Source of the DNA: a virus | Lineage: Duplodnaviria; Caudoviricetes | Virus record (IMG/VR): IMGVR_UViG_3300009092_000015 | Location: 547-64,546 of that record | Strand: one strand, 5' to 3' | DNA: 64,000 nucleotides | In this document: positions 18,768-25,924 of the stretch, one piece after another | How the letters are laid out: each line of letters starts with the position of its first letter | Position numbering within the stretch: position 1 is the first letter of the stretch | The notes under the pieces: model-generated | Databases searched by the model: none | Seen by the model: only the letters and a program-made list of their open reading frames with translations | What the model was told of the DNA's origin: nothing | Translations under genes and position numbers: made by a program

Positions 18768-19082
18768 ATGGCATCGGTTCCGAGGCGTCAGGCTATGATG
18801 CGGCAGAGATCGGCCACTAAGTTGTCCCCGCGTGAATGCCAAGTGGTTCGGTGTATAGCAGATGGGCTCAGTAATAAGGAAATAGGAGCCCTATTGCATC
18901 TCACTAGGGGGACTGTGAAGCAGTATGTCTCAATGGTCCTCGCCAAACTGCATATGACTAGCCGATTGCAGGTCGCAGTGTGGTTCCTTCGCGCAATGTC
19001 AGGGGCGAGGGTCATGGATGGCCGATATGTAATTATCCACGACCCTATAGGGCTACCATCTCGGACAAAAATTTCCACATAA
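18768..19082 (+). CDS. LuxR/GerE-family HTH transcriptional regulator
   Basis: LSPRECQVVRCIADGLSNKEIGALLHLTRGTVKQYVSMVLAKL..TSRLQVA. Confidence 0.9.
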   Translation: MASVPRRQAMMRQRSATKLSPRECQVVRCIADGLSNKEIGALLHLTRGTVKQYVSMVLAKLHMTSRLQVAVWFLRAMSGARVMDGRYVIIHDPIGLPSRTKIST

Positions 19083-19177
19083 ATTTTATAAAAAATTGCA
19101 ATCCGTTATCAGTATATTGCAGATTGCAATAATTCAAGCCTTGAATTCGCTTGTACTAGAACCATAGTCCCATTCCA

Positions 19178-19723
19178 TTGTCCGTAATTAGTAGTATAAT
19201 TCGATTTATGAGCAGACCATACAGCGATAAATGCAAAAAAGGCCACCTGTTATCAGATTCAAACCTATATATGCATAAAAACGGTACCAGAGAATGCCGC
19301 CAATGCTCCCGTGAACGTTCGAAGAGGGCGTATAGTAACTTCCTGGCAGGTAGGGAACTATCCGAATTAGCCTCCGCACCTCAAGAAATCCCACCTCCGG
19401 AGCCTATTGGGCCTGATATCCTCCCATTGGATAAGTCATTTCCAGGACTCAGGATGGCCTTCCTGAGCGGTCCGATGGTAAAAGTATACCTGTATATCCT
19501 CATGCGCACCACGGGCTTCTATAAGCGAAGGGACAATATAGCTCTATCGCAGTTCGAGCATGGGATAGTAGACTCCGAGGGAAATCGGCTGGATTACGGA
19601 ACTGGGATGAGCCGGAATGCCATAATTCAAGCCTTGAAGGGGCTGAAAAGGCTCGGTCTAATCGGTATGGTAAATCGCACATCGGGATCATATCGGACAA
19701 ATACCTACTGGCTAAATCCGTAA
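19178..19723 (+). CDS. replication-protein-O-like winged HTH with N-terminal Zn motif
   Basis: CKKGH...NLY...RECRQC N-terminus; LSGPMVKVYLYILMRTTGF..RRDNIALSQF...GMSRNAIIQALKGL...TNTYWLN. Confidence 0.65.
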   Translation: MSVISSIIRFMSRPYSDKCKKGHLLSDSNLYMHKNGTRECRQCSRERSKRAYSNFLAGRELSELASAPQEIPPPEPIGPDILPLDKSFPGLRMAFLSGPMVKVYLYILMRTTGFYKRRDNIALSQFEHGIVDSEGNRLDYGTGMSRNAIIQALKGLKRLGLIGMVNRTSGSYRTNTYWLNP

Positions 19724-19949
19724 AATTATATTCGAAAAACTCAGGCCGCAAAATCGAAAATGCAAATCGCTAAGATCATCGTATAAATGTTCTCTTTATA
19801 AAGAAGGTTGTAAGTCACGCTTTTGAACTAAATTTAATACGGACTAAACGACGATTTATTGCACTACTTTGGTGCATTTTACTTAGTGCAAAAGCGCGAC
19901 TTGAGGAGGATATACGAATCTAGATTTTGGAAAATACAAAGGGGTTCCG

Positions 19950-20180
19950 ATGTCCAGGATTCCCACCAGCTACCTTCAGTGGCTCCGGGCTACCTGTGTG
20001 GGGACTATCCGGATGATTGATATAGCCTTGAAGTATAGGGAGGTGAAGTACCCTTACTATGGGGATCAGGAGAACCCAGTCCATGTAGATTGTCCGGTTT
20101 GTGGCAAAACCATACCTTTCGAGGATTGGGACGCCCACATGGCTATCCATCCGGCTTATCATCCGAATGGTGAACTATAA
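19950..20180 (+). CDS. small Zn-finger protein
   Basis: IPTSYLQWL N-terminus; CPVCGK...DAHMAIH; SD GGGG. Confidence 0.6.
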   Translation: MSRIPTSYLQWLRATCVGTIRMIDIALKYREVKYPYYGDQENPVHVDCPVCGKTIPFEDWDAHMAIHPAYHPNGEL

Positions 20181-20388
20181 CACCAACCAGCCTGGACGGG
20201 GGACTTCTTCATCTGCTATTCTGGTTCCGTTCTGCTCTTGGTTTGGGTCGATTTCGGCCCTTCTTGTTCTCCATTCGGTTAATTCCCTCGGGCCGGACCC
20301 ATCCGGCCCAACTTTTATCCCGAATTCATGCCTTGAAGCCTTGACTTCAAGGTTCATTCCCCGCATACTTCCTTATAGGAGTATCAAA

Positions 20389-20589
20389 ATGTTCCGAGAG
20401 CCCCGAATCTGCCCATGTTGCGGTCGTCTGGTTCCCGGTATCGATTTCTGCTCAGCATGCGGTGAGCGGCTTTTCATGCCGGGTCCTGTCGGCCAGATGA
20501 ATCCCACGGTCGCGTATCCGTCCTATTCCGAGGACGAAGCCTGGGATGCCGCCAGCCAGTTGGAAACCGAACTCCTGCTTGCTGCCTAG
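20389..20589 (+). CDS. double zinc-ribbon small protein
   Basis: Start reassigned to ATG 20389 after AGGAG; CPCCG...FCSACG. Confidence 0.6.
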   Translation: MFREPRICPCCGRLVPGIDFCSACGERLFMPGPVGQMNPTVAYPSYSEDEAWDAASQLETELLLAA

Positions 20590-20640
20590 CTGCCTGTCGT
20601 GTATACTTGACACTAATTCAGTGCCAGAACCTAACCTGCG

Positions 20641-20684
20641 GACGCCCCCAAACCTGCCAACCGGGAATGGGGGCGTTCTGTTTC
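20641..20684 (+). terminator. probable intrinsic terminator
   Basis: GACGCCCCCA / TGGGGGCGTT stem followed by CTGTTT. Confidence 0.5.
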
Positions 20685-20709
20685 AATATCATGTGTATAT
20701 CCCAATACT

Positions 20710-20739
20710 TTGATATGGTGTAGTCTATGGGGGTATACT
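20710..20739 (+). promoter_or_regulatory. sigma70-like promoter
   Basis: TTGATA-18 nt-TATACT just upstream of ATG 20746. Confidence 0.45.
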
Positions 20740-20745
20740 TAGCCC

Positions 20746-21315
20746 ATGTCGTCCATACTGCTCCGGATCTGGCAGGCCATGCTGAGCATCGGGGCTAGAA
20801 TCCAGTCCCTTCTGCTGCTGGGGCAGGCTAATGCCGTTACGCTAGACAAAATAGACAAGGAGGTTCAGGACCTACAAGCTTCTCAGAAGCAAATCCTGGA
20901 TACCCTTGCCCAAATCCTCGACCTATTAACTCCAGGTCCGGCTGATCACATCGTGTTCACTGCCGTCCTGGACGATGGAACCATACAAGAAGGAGTAACA
21001 ACTATGGATATGCGCGATGATCAGAAGGTGACGCTTTCTATCTCGATTGTAGATAAGAAAGGCAAGCCCGCCGTCGTGGACGGTGTCCCCGCGTGGGCAG
21101 GCTCCGACGATACGGTAGTCACTGTGGTTGCTAACCCGGACGGGATGACTGCGGTAGCTTCCGGCGTGGCTCCTGGTCCTGGCCGAGTCACGGTTACTGC
21201 CGATGCGGATCTCGGTGCCGGTGTGACTGCGGTTACCGGTGTTCTGGATTTCAACATTACTGCCGGGGCTGCGGCGACTATTACTATCACCCCTGGAACT
21301 CCTGAGGATCAGTAA
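20746..21315 (+). CDS. coiled-coil plus Ig-like domain protein
   Basis: Heptad N-terminus; beta-sandwich C-terminus (KVTLSISIVD...VVTVVAN...VTVTAD). Confidence 0.7.
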   Translation: MSSILLRIWQAMLSIGARIQSLLLLGQANAVTLDKIDKEVQDLQASQKQILDTLAQILDLLTPGPADHIVFTAVLDDGTIQEGVTTMDMRDDQKVTLSISIVDKKGKPAVVDGVPAWAGSDDTVVTVVANPDGMTAVASGVAPGPGRVTVTADADLGAGVTAVTGVLDFNITAGAAATITITPGTPEDQ

Positions 21316-21344
21316 GTCTAGGACTAAGTCTAAGGTGTAGTTCT

Positions 21345-21379
21345 GGCCCTGGGGGTAACTCCTCAGGGCCTTGTTTTTG
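21345..21379 (+). terminator. intrinsic terminator
   Basis: GGCCCTG(G)GG / CCTCAGGGCC stem then TTGTTTTTG. Confidence 0.7.
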
Positions 21380-21403
21380 TTCGAAAATAGTTGAAAATAA
21401 CTC

Positions 21404-21433
21404 TTGACGAACCAGCGAGTAACAGAGTAACAT
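21404..21433 (+). promoter_or_regulatory. sigma70-like promoter for the RNA array
   Basis: TTGACG-18 nt-TAACAT with an A-rich UP-like region. Confidence 0.55.
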
Positions 21434-21481
21434 TCAGAAGTGGCCGGAAGTTGAGGCCAGAAAGTTCAAAGGTTTCCTCGG

Positions 21482-21592
21482 CAGACTGACTGACTTACAC
21501 GTAGCTCGTTTGGTTGAGCGTTTGACTCGTAATCAAAAGGTAGCTGGTTCAAATCCAGCCGTCGCCGCAAGGCGTTAGTCAATCGATATAGC
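21482..21592 (+). ncRNA. tRNA-like unit A (Thr-CGT body), permuted within the acceptor stem
   Basis: D arm, anticodon arm TTTGA-CTCGTAA-TCAAA, T arm GCTGG-TTCAAAT-CCAGC, then CGCC-GCAA-GGCG hairpin; closed by GACTGA/TTAGTC. Confidence 0.75.
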
Positions 21593-21685
21593 CGGGGATA
21601 GTAATAACGTGCCAGAGTGCTTAGCACCGAGTGGATTATATCCCTTGGCACGGGCAAGTTAGGAAGCCGACTGACCAGCGTACAT

Positions 21686-21761
21686 GCAAAATTAGCTCAT
21701 CTGGTAGAGCGAATCCCATTCAAGGATTAGGTACTTGGTTCAAATCCAAGATATTGCGCCA
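21686..21761 (+). tRNA. atypical tRNA-Glu(TTC)-like cloverleaf with CCA (unit B), embedded in a closing stem
   Basis: 76 nt; all four arms pair; A at position 33 and one acceptor mismatch; flanked by CAGCG (21676) and CGCTG (21766). Confidence 0.6.
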
Positions 21762-21939
21762 AAGCCGCTGATCGATATAGCTTCCTTTAAGTTCAAGGCT
21801 TGAAATTCACCTTTAGGTGAAGGTTGGGCCATCGAGGGCTGGATTCACTGAACGCTTCTCAGGGCAGCAAGAGAATCCAGTCCGGCGAGTTAGGGTTTGG
21901 TGTTCATCCCCGAACCTTCGAGTTAGGGTGGTAGAATTG

Positions 21940-22075
21940 CGGACTTACATGCATATATAGGTTCGACTCCTATACTCGGCTCCTGGATTCACTGACTCAG
22001 TGGGTCTTGGGCCGAGTTAGCCTAATGGTAAGGCAACAGAATTGAGATCTGTCAATAACCAGTCCACAGATAGAA
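21940..22075 (+). ncRNA. circularly permuted tRNA-like unit C (order T-acceptor-D-anticodon)
   Basis: ATAGG-TTCGACT-CCTAT; ACTCGGC/GCCGAGT joined by a 30-nt hairpin; GCCT-AATGGTA-AGGC; ACAGA-ATTGAGA-TCTGT; closed by GGACT/AGTCC. Confidence 0.8.
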
Positions 22076-22090
22076 CCATCCTTTCAGTGT

Positions 22091-22148
22091 CCGGAAATGA
22101 GAGTTCGAGTCTCTCCAGCTTCGGCTGTCGTCCAATGGTAGGACCCGG
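22091..22148 (+). ncRNA. minimal T-acceptor-D tRNA mimic (YrlA-like topology)
   Basis: GAGAG-TTCGAGT-CTCTC, CAGC-TTCG-GCTG, TC, GTCC-AATGGTA-GGAC; closed by CCGG/CCGG with no anticodon loop. Confidence 0.7.
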
Positions 22149-22220
22149 TAGGGGGCGTAACCAGTTCGATTCTGGGTAGCTCGGAGCTACGTCCCCGATA
22201 AGTTTCAAAGGCTTGGGATA

Positions 22221-22316
22221 AGACTAGTGGGTATACACGCAAAGCCCTAACCGGGCTCCAATAACGGTGATTCGGGTAACTCCGGATTGTGCTGACATGA
22301 CCCGCTGATATAGGTC
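22221..22316 (+). ncRNA. array unit F: same frame, non-tRNA insert
   Basis: AGAC-TAGTGGGT-ATACAC ... ACCCGCTG-ATATAGG. Confidence 0.5.
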
Positions 22317-22329
22317 CCATTTAAGTTTT

Positions 22330-22408
22330 CTGAGTGTAGGGTAGTCTGGTTTAGCCCCCATGCCTTGGGAGCATGTTTTCGCTGGTTCAAATCCAGCCAC
22401 TCAGACCA
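22330..22408 (+). tRNA. tRNA-Pro(TGG)
   Basis: CTGAGTG/CACTCAG acceptor, CATGC-CTTGGGA-GCATG anticodon arm, GCTGG-TTCAAAT-CCAGC T arm, encoded CCA. Confidence 0.9.
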
Positions 22409-22420
22409 AGTTAGAACTGT

Positions 22421-22548
22421 CAGACTCATGGACATACATGCATATCCTGGTTCGAGTCCGGGTAGCCCCGCCAACTTATGGGGCTATAGCCTAATGGTAA
22501 GGCACAACACTATTAATGTTGCAAAACACCCTGTCCGTGGATATAGAC
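22421..22548 (+). ncRNA. circularly permuted tRNA-like unit D with internal CCA
   Basis: CCTGG-TTCGAGT-CCGGG; TAGCCCC-G-CCA-ACTTAT-GGGGCTA; GCCT-AATGGTA-AGGC; CAACA-CTATTAA-TGTTG; closed by CATGGACA/TGTCCGTG. Confidence 0.85.
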
Positions 22549-22570
22549 AGTTCTAGTAAGTTAGGGTAGA

Positions 22571-22705
22571 GACTGGCGTACTTACACGATTAATCTGGCT
22601 TCGGCTGGAATGGGAGTTCAAATCTCTCCATCCTCGTTAGGGGATGTGGCGGAACGGTAGACGCACAATCCTTCGGAGATTGCAAAACAATCAATAGTAC
22701 ACCGA
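22571..22705 (+). ncRNA. circularly permuted class II-like tRNA unit E (V-T-acceptor-D-anticodon)
   Basis: CTGGC-TTCG-GCTGG variable arm; GGGAG-TTCAAAT-CTCTC; CATCCTC-GTTA-GGGGATG; GCGGAACGGTAGACGC; CAATC-CTTCGGA-GATTG; closed by GTAC/GTAC. Confidence 0.8.
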
Positions 22706-22756
22706 CATACTACCCTTCGATCTGTGTATTACCTCGATGGAGATCGTTCCTAGGCA

Positions 22757-22787
22757 GGGGTACCCTAACCGGTACCCCCATTTTTTT
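22757..22787 (+). terminator. intrinsic terminator after the RNA array
   Basis: GGGGTACC-CTAACC-GGTACCCC then CA and T7. Confidence 0.8.
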
Positions 22788-22814
22788 GGTATTACCTGAA
22801 AGGAGAATCAGATC

Positions 22815-24338
22815 ATGAGCAACTACGAAGCGGGAATTACCCGCCCGAAAATCATAGGTGAGTTGAACAAATCGGTCCATGGGAAGTTGGAGGAGTATGT
22901 CCCGGTGATTACCGAGGCATGCCAGTATGACCCGGAGTTCGTCGCACGGCTGATCGCGTGGGACTTCACCAACGGGCAGATCAAGGACTCCAAGGTGGCG
23001 TTGCCGGTAATCAGCCTCGGCTACCCTGGGTTCCATGCTGAGTTACTGGACAACAGCTTGGCGCATCTGGCTATGCAGCCTCCGAGGGAGTTACTGAAAG
23101 CACTCCAGTTCTCGATTAAGAATCGAACCAAGGCCAGTAAGCAGAAGGCCTTGGAGTCGATGATCCACCGGTATTTAGCTGCTAAGGAGTCCATCCCGGC
23201 TAAGTGGCATCGGCTGGCTGCTCGGCATCGCCGGAGCCTGAAAACTCTGTATGCACTGACTCACTATAAGGCCCCGGAGTGGGTGGGAGACATTCTGTTC
23301 AAGGGTAAGTATGCTCCTGGGAGCATCTTCCATGATATTAAGAACCTGCATCGACTGCCTGAGGCTCAGGCCGCTGCCGTGATCGAGAAATGGCACCTGT
23401 CGCCGCTGGTAGTTAGTGGGGCCATGGCCGGTTCCCTGGCTAAGCAGGACAGTTCGGCTATCACTAATGCGGTGATGAACCAGATGTCGGACACGGAGGT
23501 AGTCACCAAGGCCAAATCCTTGGAGCGTCGAGGGGTGGCAAAAGATCAAGCCTTGAAGGAAACGTTCCGAAAAAAGGTGGCGAAGGCTACCAAGAGCGGC
23601 AAAGCGACCTTGAAGACCGGGGTAGCGGCTGACGAGGTAGAAGACGAGTCCATGAAGACGATGCTGAAAGAGCTTCAGGAACGCCAGATCCAGTCGCAGA
23701 AGGATGCCGGTCGCGGTATCGATGGCAACTGGCTGGTAATCTCCGACCGGAGTGCCTCCCAGGAGGTATCTATCGAGTTGGGGGTTCATATTGCGGCCAT
23801 TATTGCCAAGTTCGTCACCGGTCGCGTCTGGTTGGTCTTTTGTAACACCGAGGCGATCCCCTACGAGGTTACCGGGATGAGTTTGGAGGATATCAAGGGG
23901 AAGACTAAGTTCATCATCGCGAACGGAGGTACCTCTTATGGTGTCGGTCTGGAATGGGCTCTCAGTAAGGGATTGGACCTGGATGGGGTAGCAATCGTAG
24001 GCGACGGTGCGGAGAACTCTGTGCCGATATTCGCCAACTCCTTGGGGAATTACAAAGCCAAGTTCGGCAAGCAGCTACCGACGTACATCTACAAGACGGC
24101 GCAGTCGGGGAAGTATCTGAACGATAGTCCGTTGCAGTTCTCTCGGCATATGGCGAGTATCCCGTACACCGAGCATGACCTGACGCACGGGAATGTAGAT
24201 TACTACTCGCTGCCAAACTTAGTGCAGTCGATGAATGCAAACAGCTTCGGGGTTGTGGAGAAGGTCATGGCCTGCCCGCTGCTCCAGTTGGATACGGTAT
24301 TACCGAAATTACAGAAAGGAGTGAAAGTACATGCTTGA
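22815..24338 (+). CDS. TROVE/vWA domain protein (Ro60/Rsr-like)
   Basis: 507 aa; helical N-terminus with DPEFVARL; C-terminal vWA with MIDAS DRSAS, GGTS and VGDGAEN; SD AAGGAG. Confidence 0.65.
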   Translation: MSNYEAGITRPKIIGELNKSVHGKLEEYVPVITEACQYDPEFVARLIAWDFTNGQIKDSKVALPVISLGYPGFHAELLDNSLAHLAMQPPRELLKALQFSIKNRTKASKQKALESMIHRYLAAKESIPAKWHRLAARHRRSLKTLYALTHYKAPEWVGDILFKGKYAPGSIFHDIKNLHRLPEAQAAAVIEKWHLSPLVVSGAMAGSLAKQDSSAITNAVMNQMSDTEVVTKAKSLERRGVAKDQALKETFRKKVAKATKSGKATLKTGVAADEVEDESMKTMLKELQERQIQSQKDAGRGIDGNWLVISDRSASQEVSIELGVHIAAIIAKFVTGRVWLVFCNTEAIPYEVTGMSLEDIKGKTKFIIANGGTSYGVGLEWALSKGLDLDGVAIVGDGAENSVPIFANSLGNYKAKFGKQLPTYIYKTAQSGKYLNDSPLQFSRHMASIPYTEHDLTHGNVDYYSLPNLVQSMNANSFGVVEKVMACPLLQLDTVLPKLQKGVKVHA

Positions 24339-24651
24339 GAAACTGCGGGAACTGAACGTGGATCGGCTGCTCAGCCTGGACGAGGCCGTCAATTTGTCGG
24401 CATTCGCCCGTGCCCTGGAGGCTGAGTACGAGACTTTGGGCCTGGATCAACCTGAGTGGCTGGAGCGCTCGATCCTTAACCTCCGCGAAGAGATTGTGAA
24501 GCGGACCAAGGCTAAGGATCTGGCCGACATGAAGGCCCTCGAAGCCGAACTGGAAAGCTACAAGACTACCAATGAGAAGCGTAACGATGCTCAGCGTCGT
24601 CTGGCAAATCTCCAGAAGCGTCTCGGCCTGACTGCGAAGGCCGGGAAGTAA
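24331..24651 (+). CDS. coiled-coil protein coupled to the TROVE-like gene
   Basis: 8-nt overlap, SD AAAGGAG, heptad-rich. Confidence 0.75.
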   Translation: MLEKLRELNVDRLLSLDEAVNLSAFARALEAEYETLGLDQPEWLERSILNLREEIVKRTKAKDLADMKALEAELESYKTTNEKRNDAQRRLANLQKRLGLTAKAGK

Positions 24652-24654
24652 GTT

Positions 24655-24930
24655 ATGCCCAGGACTGGAAAGATTAGCGATTTGGTGGGAAACCCCAAAC
24701 CGAGACTCGACTGGTCCTGGGTGCGCACATCTATTCGTCAGATGGAGCCCGGTGATATCCTATCCTTGGATTGTCCACCGGGCATTTCCATATCTAAGTT
24801 CAGGTCTACGGTCCTCGTTACGGGTAGGAGAATCCATTCATCCCCTGAATGGGTCCTATGTGTCCGGACGGAAGGCCAGACGGTCCACTGCTTCCTTGCT
24901 CCCCCCAGAGATTTCCAGTTCAAGCCTTGA
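24655..24930 (+). CDS. small basic protein, possibly DNA-binding
   Basis: Stop codon lies within the palindrome at 24919. Confidence 0.6.
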   Translation: MPRTGKISDLVGNPKPRLDWSWVRTSIRQMEPGDILSLDCPPGISISKFRSTVLVTGRRIHSSPEWVLCVRTEGQTVHCFLAPPRDFQFKP

Positions 24931-24939
24931 ATCATTTTC

Positions 24940-24969
24940 TTGACAACCTAGAAGTTTATACGCTATATT
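24940..24969 (+). promoter_or_regulatory. sigma70-like promoter for the packaging/late region
   Basis: TTGACA-18 nt-TATATT, 8 nt downstream of the palindrome at 24919-24931. Confidence 0.6.
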
Positions 24970-25047
24970 CCCCTCCAGTGAGTCGCTAGTACTAAGGTAG
25001 TACCACCGGACCTTGGTATTCCGTTACGCGAATTCCCTTATCCTTCC

Positions 25048-25407
25048 ATGCCTACAGTCCACGGACCCCTGATCCTTTCCGGGATCGAACTCATTGCAAT
25101 CCTTAGGGTTACCACCAAAAGTGTGAAGATGCTAACTGCCGATGGCAGGGTGCTTGGACACATACAACCGGAGAATGCCATACTGGTCGTACGTGCCGGG
25201 TCGTATGTGGGTAAATGCAGCCGGACGAGGGTCCATTACATCCGGCAGGTGAAGGATGCACGGAAGGTAGCACCGGATTACGAATACAGAATCGGGAGGC
25301 CTATGATCCAACCTTATCCGGTAAAGGACCTAAAGCCCTGGGACCGCTGGGCCTCCCGTAAGAATTCAAGGCTTGAATATGCAGCCCATACGCAAGGGAA
25401 TCCATAA
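25048..25407 (+). CDS. hypothetical protein
   Basis: 119-aa ORF between promoter and terminase. Confidence 0.5.
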   Translation: MPTVHGPLILSGIELIAILRVTTKSVKMLTADGRVLGHIQPENAILVVRAGSYVGKCSRTRVHYIRQVKDARKVAPDYEYRIGRPMIQPYPVKDLKPWDRWASRKNSRLEYAAHTQGNP

Positions 25408-25924
25408 AACAGCAGCCCAGATCGAAGGCCGATGCATGGAATTACGCATGCGCGGCCATAACGCCGATTACATCAGCCGGGAATTAGGAGTCACAGTTAA
25501 GAAGGTCAATGCTGCTATAACAAGGCGGCTTTGCAAGGAAGAGACTTACTGGCTGGATGTAGAAAAGCAGCGGAAATTAGACTCCCAGGTCTTGGATGAT
25601 CTACAGACTGCATGGTACGGACAGGCAATCGGGGACGAGATTCGGATTATCAATGTTCTCGGTAAGGACGTTGCGGTTAGGACCCCGAATATCGAAGCGG
25701 CTAAGCTCCTACTGAGTATCCAGGAACGTAGAGCCCGCCTTATGGGCCTCGATGCACCGAAGCAGATCAAGGCCGAAGTCGTAAACACACATGGAATCGA
25801 CGAGCAGTTACAGCAACTTGTCATGGGACGCGGTAAAGGCACTCGACCTGCCTGCGAAGTACAGGCTGCGTTGGAAGCTCCAGGCACGACCATCACAATT
25901 GACGCCACCGGGGAACTGGAGTAA
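25373..25924 (+). CDS. terS: terminase small subunit
   Basis: N-terminal HTH (LRMRGHNADYISRELGVT), ERRARLMGLDAP motif, position before TerL; start probably ATG 25379. Confidence 0.75.
   Translation: MNMQPIRKGIHKTAAQIEGRCMELRMRGHNADYISRELGVTVKKVNAAITRRLCKEETYWLDVEKQRKLDSQVLDDLQTAWYGQAIGDEIRIINVLGKDVAVRTPNIEAAKLLLSIQERRARLMGLDAPKQIKAEVVNTHGIDEQLQQLVMGRGKGTRPACEVQAALEAPGTTITIDATGELE

Noticed and set aside
20101-20388. N-terminal extension of the 162-aa ORF 20101..20589
   Set aside because: AGGAG SD and a coherent zinc ribbon start at ATG 20389; the upstream part overlaps another gene
21482-22705. RNA array as a CRISPR or mini-CRISPR array
   Set aside because: Repeats are short, degenerate and structural; inserts are tRNA-derived rather than unique spacers; no cas genes seen
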